A DNA stretch of 54,514 nt from Nanobdellati archaeon. Lineage in GTDB: Archaea > EX4484-52 > GLR71. Both the position numbers and the translations under genes were made by a program. Location: the NCBI GenBank assembly GCA_019429125.1, contig JAHYJO010000008.1:1-54514 (forward strand), read 5' to 3'. Of the stretch, positions 49,968 to 54,514 are shown piece by piece (within the stretch, counting starts at the first letter, position 1; every line of letters begins with the position of its first letter). The notes beneath the pieces are model-generated. The model worked only from the letters and a program-made list of their open reading frames with translations, made no database searches and was not told the origin of the DNA.

Positions 49968-51293
49968 ATGAAATTTTATGCAATAGGCGGCTTTAAAGAA
50001 GTCGGAAAAAACATGACAGCCATAGAAGTTAATGGTGAAGTAGTAATCTTTGACATGGGTGTCTCAATGGAACACCTTATCGAATTAAGTGGAAAAGGTC
50101 TAAATTATGAAGATGTTGACGAACAGAAATTAAGAAGTATGGGCGTACTCCCAAATGATTTGATACTTAACACAAAAAAAGTAATTGCAATAGCAATCTC
50201 ACACGGACATCTAGATCACATATCAGCAATACCAAAACTGATAAAACGCTACAACTGTCCAATTCTTGCAACACCTTACACATCAGAAATAATAAAAAGG
50301 CTTCTTAAAGACCATAGAATGGAAGATTATCTTAAATATGTAACACCTATGCAATATGGTGATACTGCAGAACTGTCCAAAAATTTCAAGATAGAATATG
50401 TAAACATGACCCACAGTATCCCTGACGCATCTCTCATTGCAGCATACACAGCAGATGGTCTTGTAACTGTCGGCTTTGATTACAAGCTTGATAACACACC
50501 GACTTTAGGTGCTAAACCCGATTACAAGAGACTAAAAGAGTTAGGCAATGAAGGAATAAAACTTCATCTCGCTGAATGTGTACATATAAGCGATGAACAG
50601 AGATGCCCTTCTGAAAAAGTCGCAAAAGACATGGTATTTGACGCAATAGACAGAGCATACCAAGAAAGTTCAGCAGTCTACATAACTTCTTTCGCATCCC
50701 ACATTGCAAGAATAAAAAGTATAATTGAAGCTAATAAAGGACGACGAGAAATGCTTATACTAGGCAGATCTATGGAAAATTACATTGATGCAGCAAGCAC
50801 CCTTGGTATGATAGACAAATCTAATTTCACACTTGCAGGACGACCAAAAACAGTCAAAAGCAACATAGAAAATCTTGTTATGAAAAACCCAGATAAATAT
50901 CTAGTACTTTCAACAGGGAACCAAGGAGAACCAAATTCAGTTCTGTCAAGAATTGCAAACAAGGAATACAAATTCAATTTCAGAAAAGAAGATCAGGTAA
51001 TCTTTTCATCAACAGTCATACCAACCCCAATAAACAAGGCAAACAGATATGTCATGGAACGAAACCTAAAAGAACAAGGTGTAAGGATACTAAAAGATGT
51101 CCATGTCTCAGGCCATGCAATGAAAGAAGATCACAGAGACCTTCTAAGAATACTTAGACCCGAGATAGTCATACCAGTCCATGGTGAAACTGAAAGGCTT
51201 GCATCTTTCGCATCACTTTGTGAAGAAGAAGGATTCATAATCGGCGACACAGTCCACATAATGACAGACGGAAGATATGTGAATATTAAATGA
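49968..51293 (+). CDS. rnj: Ribonuclease J (beta-CASP)
   Basis: GGFKEVGKNMT, SHGHLDH, THSIPD, FASHIAR, TGNQGEP, HVSGHA, PVHG. Confidence 0.94.
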   Translation: MKFYAIGGFKEVGKNMTAIEVNGEVVIFDMGVSMEHLIELSGKGLNYEDVDEQKLRSMGVLPNDLILNTKKVIAIAISHGHLDHISAIPKLIKRYNCPILATPYTSEIIKRLLKDHRMEDYLKYVTPMQYGDTAELSKNFKIEYVNMTHSIPDASLIAAYTADGLVTVGFDYKLDNTPTLGAKPDYKRLKELGNEGIKLHLAECVHISDEQRCPSEKVAKDMVFDAIDRAYQESSAVYITSFASHIARIKSIIEANKGRREMLILGRSMENYIDAASTLGMIDKSNFTLAGRPKTVKSNIENLVMKNPDKYLVLSTGNQGEPNSVLSRIANKEYKFNFRKEDQVIFSSTVIPTPINKANRYVMERNLKEQGVRILKDVHVSGHAMKEDHRDLLRILRPEIVIPVHGETERLASFASLCEEEGFIIGDTVHIMTDGRYVNIK

Positions 51294-51402
51294 TAAACCA
51301 ATAAGCTTATCTGACTTTTTTTATTTCTTTCTTTAATTTTTTTTACATAAAAAACAATCAGAACCATATATAATATAACTGTTTAAATATTATTATGATT
51401 AT

Positions 51403-52218
51403 ATGAACAAAAAATATATAGATAAAGTCTCAAGATTCGGCCAGCATTTCATGATAGACCCAGATATGATAGATACCATTGTAGAATTTGCAGACATAAA
51501 AGACACAGAGACAGTAATTGAGATAGGTACAGGCACAGGAATATTAACAGAAGCCATCGCAAAGACAGGTTGCGCACTCACTTCCTACGAAATAGACACA
51601 ACCCTCGAAGAGCACCACAACCACTTAAAAGAAAAATACAAGAACATAACAATAGTCTATGAAAACGCACTAAAAATAGAATTACCAGAGTTTGACAAGA
51701 TAGTTGCGAACATCCCCTACAACATTTCAGAACCATTGATACTTAAATTATCAAAATGCGATTTCAAGGAAGGCATATTGACAGTTAACAAAAGCTTTGC
51801 AGAAAAAATGCTTAACATGGAAAGAGAATCCTCACTTTTATCACTCTTTACCCCTGCATATTTTGATGTAGAATTCCTTGAGATAGTGCCTAAAAGTTCT
51901 TTTGAACCCAGACCACGAATATCATCTGCAATCATAAACATAAAACCCATTAAAAAAGAAAACATTTCAGAAAACGACAAGAGACTATTCATCACGCGCA
52001 ATCTATTTGACCAGCGCACTAAAAAGACAGAAAACGCACTCCTTGAAGCAATAATTGATTATAAGACCTTAGTAGACAAAAAAAGATATACCCAAAATGA
52101 ATCGCGCGAATTCTTAAATACCCTAGAAATAGACGATAAAACCCTTGAAAAGAAAGTAATAATGTTATCTTATGAAGAATTGAGTACCCTACTTGATAAA
52201 TTAGAAGAAAAATTATAA
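51403..52218 (+). CDS. KsgA/Dim1-family rRNA adenine dimethyltransferase (divergent paralog)
   Basis: GQHFMID, EIGTGTG, ANIPYNIS, F.P.P.ISSA. Confidence 0.88.
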   Translation: MNKKYIDKVSRFGQHFMIDPDMIDTIVEFADIKDTETVIEIGTGTGILTEAIAKTGCALTSYEIDTTLEEHHNHLKEKYKNITIVYENALKIELPEFDKIVANIPYNISEPLILKLSKCDFKEGILTVNKSFAEKMLNMERESSLLSLFTPAYFDVEFLEIVPKSSFEPRPRISSAIINIKPIKKENISENDKRLFITRNLFDQRTKKTENALLEAIIDYKTLVDKKRYTQNESREFLNTLEIDDKTLEKKVIMLSYEELSTLLDKLEEKL

Positions 52219-52297
52219 TTTTTAAACCAAAGCAACAAACATATAAACAACTTATCCCAAAATAATTAAATCCTAAATAAATGAAAAGGTAATAATT

Positions 52298-53032
52298 ATG
52301 ATTAGAAGTTCCAACCCTGCGCTCAATTCAAAAACATTTGAACACAATGGACCAGTTACTGAAAAGATGACGCTTAATGGTACAACCACAAAAACTTTAA
52401 TTCTTCTAATGCTTGTTATGTTTGCGGCCTCAAAAACATGGGCTATGTTTTTGGACGGAAATCCAAATCTGACGCTATTTATGATAGGTGGACTGATTGG
52501 AGGTTTAATATTTGCAATAATCACGATATTCAAAAAGACCTGGTCTCCAGTTACCGCGCCTATATATGCACTTCTTGAAGGTCTGGCTCTTGGTGGAATC
52601 TCTGCATTTTTTGAGCAGATGTATCCGGGTATTGTAATAGATGCCGTATTCTTAACCTTTGGCACATTATTTGCGCTTCTAATGGCTTATAAGTCTGGCA
52701 TGATTAAAGCAACAGAAAATTTCAAGCTAGGTATAGTTGCTGCAACAGGCGGAATCATGTTAATCTATGTAATTAATTTTATCATGAGTTTCTTTGGTTC
52801 ACAAATTCCATTAATCCACGAAAGCGGAACATTTGGAATCTTATTCAGTCTATTTGTAGTAACAATTGCAGCATTAAACCTTGTATTAGACTTTGATTTC
52901 ATAGAGAACGGTGTAAAAGCCGGCGCTCCAAAATACATGGAGTGGTACGCATCATTTGGACTAATAGTCACATTGGTATGGTTATATCTTGAAATCTTAA
53001 GACTTCTTGCAAAATTGAGAAACAGGAACTAA
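52298..53032 (+). CDS. Bax inhibitor-1/YccA family membrane protein
   Basis: RSSNP, YALLEGL.LG.IS, NLVLDFD.IE.G, GL.VTLVWLYLEILRLL. Confidence 0.92.
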   Translation: MIRSSNPALNSKTFEHNGPVTEKMTLNGTTTKTLILLMLVMFAASKTWAMFLDGNPNLTLFMIGGLIGGLIFAIITIFKKTWSPVTAPIYALLEGLALGGISAFFEQMYPGIVIDAVFLTFGTLFALLMAYKSGMIKATENFKLGIVAATGGIMLIYVINFIMSFFGSQIPLIHESGTFGILFSLFVVTIAALNLVLDFDFIENGVKAGAPKYMEWYASFGLIVTLVWLYLEILRLLAKLRNRN

Positions 53033-53047
53033 TCTTTCAAATAAAAC

Positions 53048-53857
53048 TCATTTCCCCATCAATACCATCATCTCGCAAGAAGATAGCGCCAACTGATCAA
53101 TATTCATCGTACGCACACGAACATCAGCCAACGACAAACTGTGCCCAATCTTTACAAGCACATCCTTGTCAAGTTCCATCTCACGCTTTGAATGTGATAT
53201 AGCCTTCCATAATTTCTGATTCTTATGTATAAAAGCTGCCCGTACAAAATTAAAGAAGAATTCTTCATCTAAAACTTTTGCTTTTGTTTCTTTAGGCAAA
53301 AGTTTAATTATTGCAGAATTAACTTTAGGTGTAGGATAAAAACATTTCTTACCCACTTTTCTTAAGAATTTAGGAGTAAAATGATATTGCGCAAGAACAG
53401 AAATCCTTGAATAATTCTTCTCGCCAGGATTTGCAACAAGCCGATCTGCAAACTCTCTCTGCATAATAAGTACTGAATGTTTACCTAATCTTCCGAGCAA
53501 TTCAACAATCTTAGATGAAATCTGATAGGGGATGTTTGCCACACATTTATCAAATGGTGGTATAGTTACTTTAAGTATGTCCCCTTGTATTATTTCAACA
53601 TTAGTTATATTTTCTTCAGTTAATCTATCTTGAAGTATTTCAGCAAGTTCAGAATCAAGTTCAACAGCTATCACTTTTTTAGCAACTTTTGCAAGCTCAA
53701 TAGTAAGTGCACCATAACCTGCGCCAATTTCAAGGACTGTATCCTTATCAGATACCTCAGCTTCGCGAATCTCAACACCGATTATATTTTTATCTACAAG
53801 AAAGTTTTGACCTAAATTGTTATCAGGTCTAATGTTAAGGTCCGATATAATACTCAT
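53048..53857 (-). CDS. rsmA: 16S rRNA dimethyladenosine transferase KsgA/RsmA
   Basis: LGQNFL, EIGAGYG, ANIPYQISS, MQREFADRL, YSRISV, FYPTPKVNSA. Confidence 0.92.
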   Translation of the reverse strand: MSIISDLNIRPDNNLGQNFLVDKNIIGVEIREAEVSDKDTVLEIGAGYGALTIELAKVAKKVIAVELDSELAEILQDRLTEENITNVEIIQGDILKVTIPPFDKCVANIPYQISSKIVELLGRLGKHSVLIMQREFADRLVANPGEKNYSRISVLAQYHFTPKFLRKVGKKCFYPTPKVNSAIIKLLPKETKAKVLDEEFFFNFVRAAFIHKNQKLWKAISHSKREMELDKDVLVKIGHSLSLADVRVRTMNIDQLALSSCEMMVLMGK

Positions 53858-53910
53858 AGATTAAATTAGTACGTGTACCTTTTATTGTTTTGTATAAAAA
53901 TGAATAATTA

Positions 53911-54162
53911 TCATATACTCTTAATCTCTGAATTCTTATGCCTCTGCAATTTATTGAATACACCATAGCTATCCTTTATTGCGCGGCCCACAGTAGTTGT
54001 ATTAGTCTCATACTTATCAGCTATTTTCTGTGCAGAAATACCATCATTTTTAAGCAGAATCCATTCTTTCTTTATCTTGTTCCACTCACGCGGGTGCGCA
54101 ATAGCCAAATGCTGATTATTACTTGTAAGGATGAATTTTCCACAGAAGTTACATACGCGCAT
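53911..54162 (-). CDS. Small Zn-finger plus HTH protein
   Basis: CNFC...H...H; GISAQKIADKYETNTTTVGRAI HTH-like segment. Confidence 0.6.
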   Translation of the reverse strand: MRVCNFCGKFILTSNNQHLAIAHPREWNKIKKEWILLKNDGISAQKIADKYETNTTTVGRAIKDSYGVFNKLQRHKNSEIKSI

Positions 54163-54223
54163 ATAGATACTTGTTATCTGTTATTTAAAAATGTTAAATG
54201 AAATAAATAATTAATAATTATAT

Positions 54224-54320
54224 CCTAAGTTTGACAGTTTAATGTCTATTTCATTCTGAAAACCCATTTGACAGTTGGCAATTATTGAGCATTTTGGCTT
54301 GATTAAATCATATAATTTCT
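54224..54320. repeat. Dispersed repeat family C copy (inverted)
   Basis: CCTAAGTTTGACAGTTTAAT... is the reverse complement of 14191-14285; inverted sub-motif CCAACTGTCAAA again near 54405. Confidence 0.8.
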
Positions 54321-54514
54321 TGATTTTTTACTAAAAATAGACTCATTTTGAAATAAAAATAAGACTAAATGTCTCTTTTTTTATAATTTTTCTAAATTTT
54401 AGCCCAACTGTCAAATTTATTTGGCTAATTTTGGTGAATTTTTTTAATTTTTAGTTTAAATTAAATCTGAATTTCAATATAAATCAAACCATATAACTTA
54501 TTTTAATTTTGGCA

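Overview
AT-rich archaeal chromosomal segment, most consistent with a DPANN-type lineage (inferred from gene content, not proven). It holds conserved archaeal clusters: gltX-rpl44e-rps27e-aIF2a-nop10-PAC2-rpoK-eno-rps2; the psmA-SBDS-rrp4-rrp41-rrp42-rpl37ae-rpoP-pcc1-pfdB-DHH superoperon; and sepF, PCNA, TFS and rpoL. There is also an Mbh-type Mrp antiporter cluster with no hydrogenase subunits, RNase J and two KsgA paralogs. The most notable accessory feature is a three-gene operon at 39611-42222: an unknown protein with an amphipathic helix, an ESCRT-III/CdvB-like protein and a Vps4/CdvC-like AAA ATPase, 3 kb from sepF. Other highlights are two promoter-linked structured ncRNA candidates (27134-27235 +, 46728-46840 -) and methanogen-type genes (Zn-type SerRS, marker-9 protein). 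The window also has a stand-alone NrdD glycyl-radical domain, three dispersed IS-end/MITE repeat families, a duplicated ychF 3' end and several pseudogenes (bacterial-type metK, a circularly permuted ATP-grasp ligase). No tRNA, rRNA or CRISPR array was recognised. All family calls come from motif recognition, not database searches.
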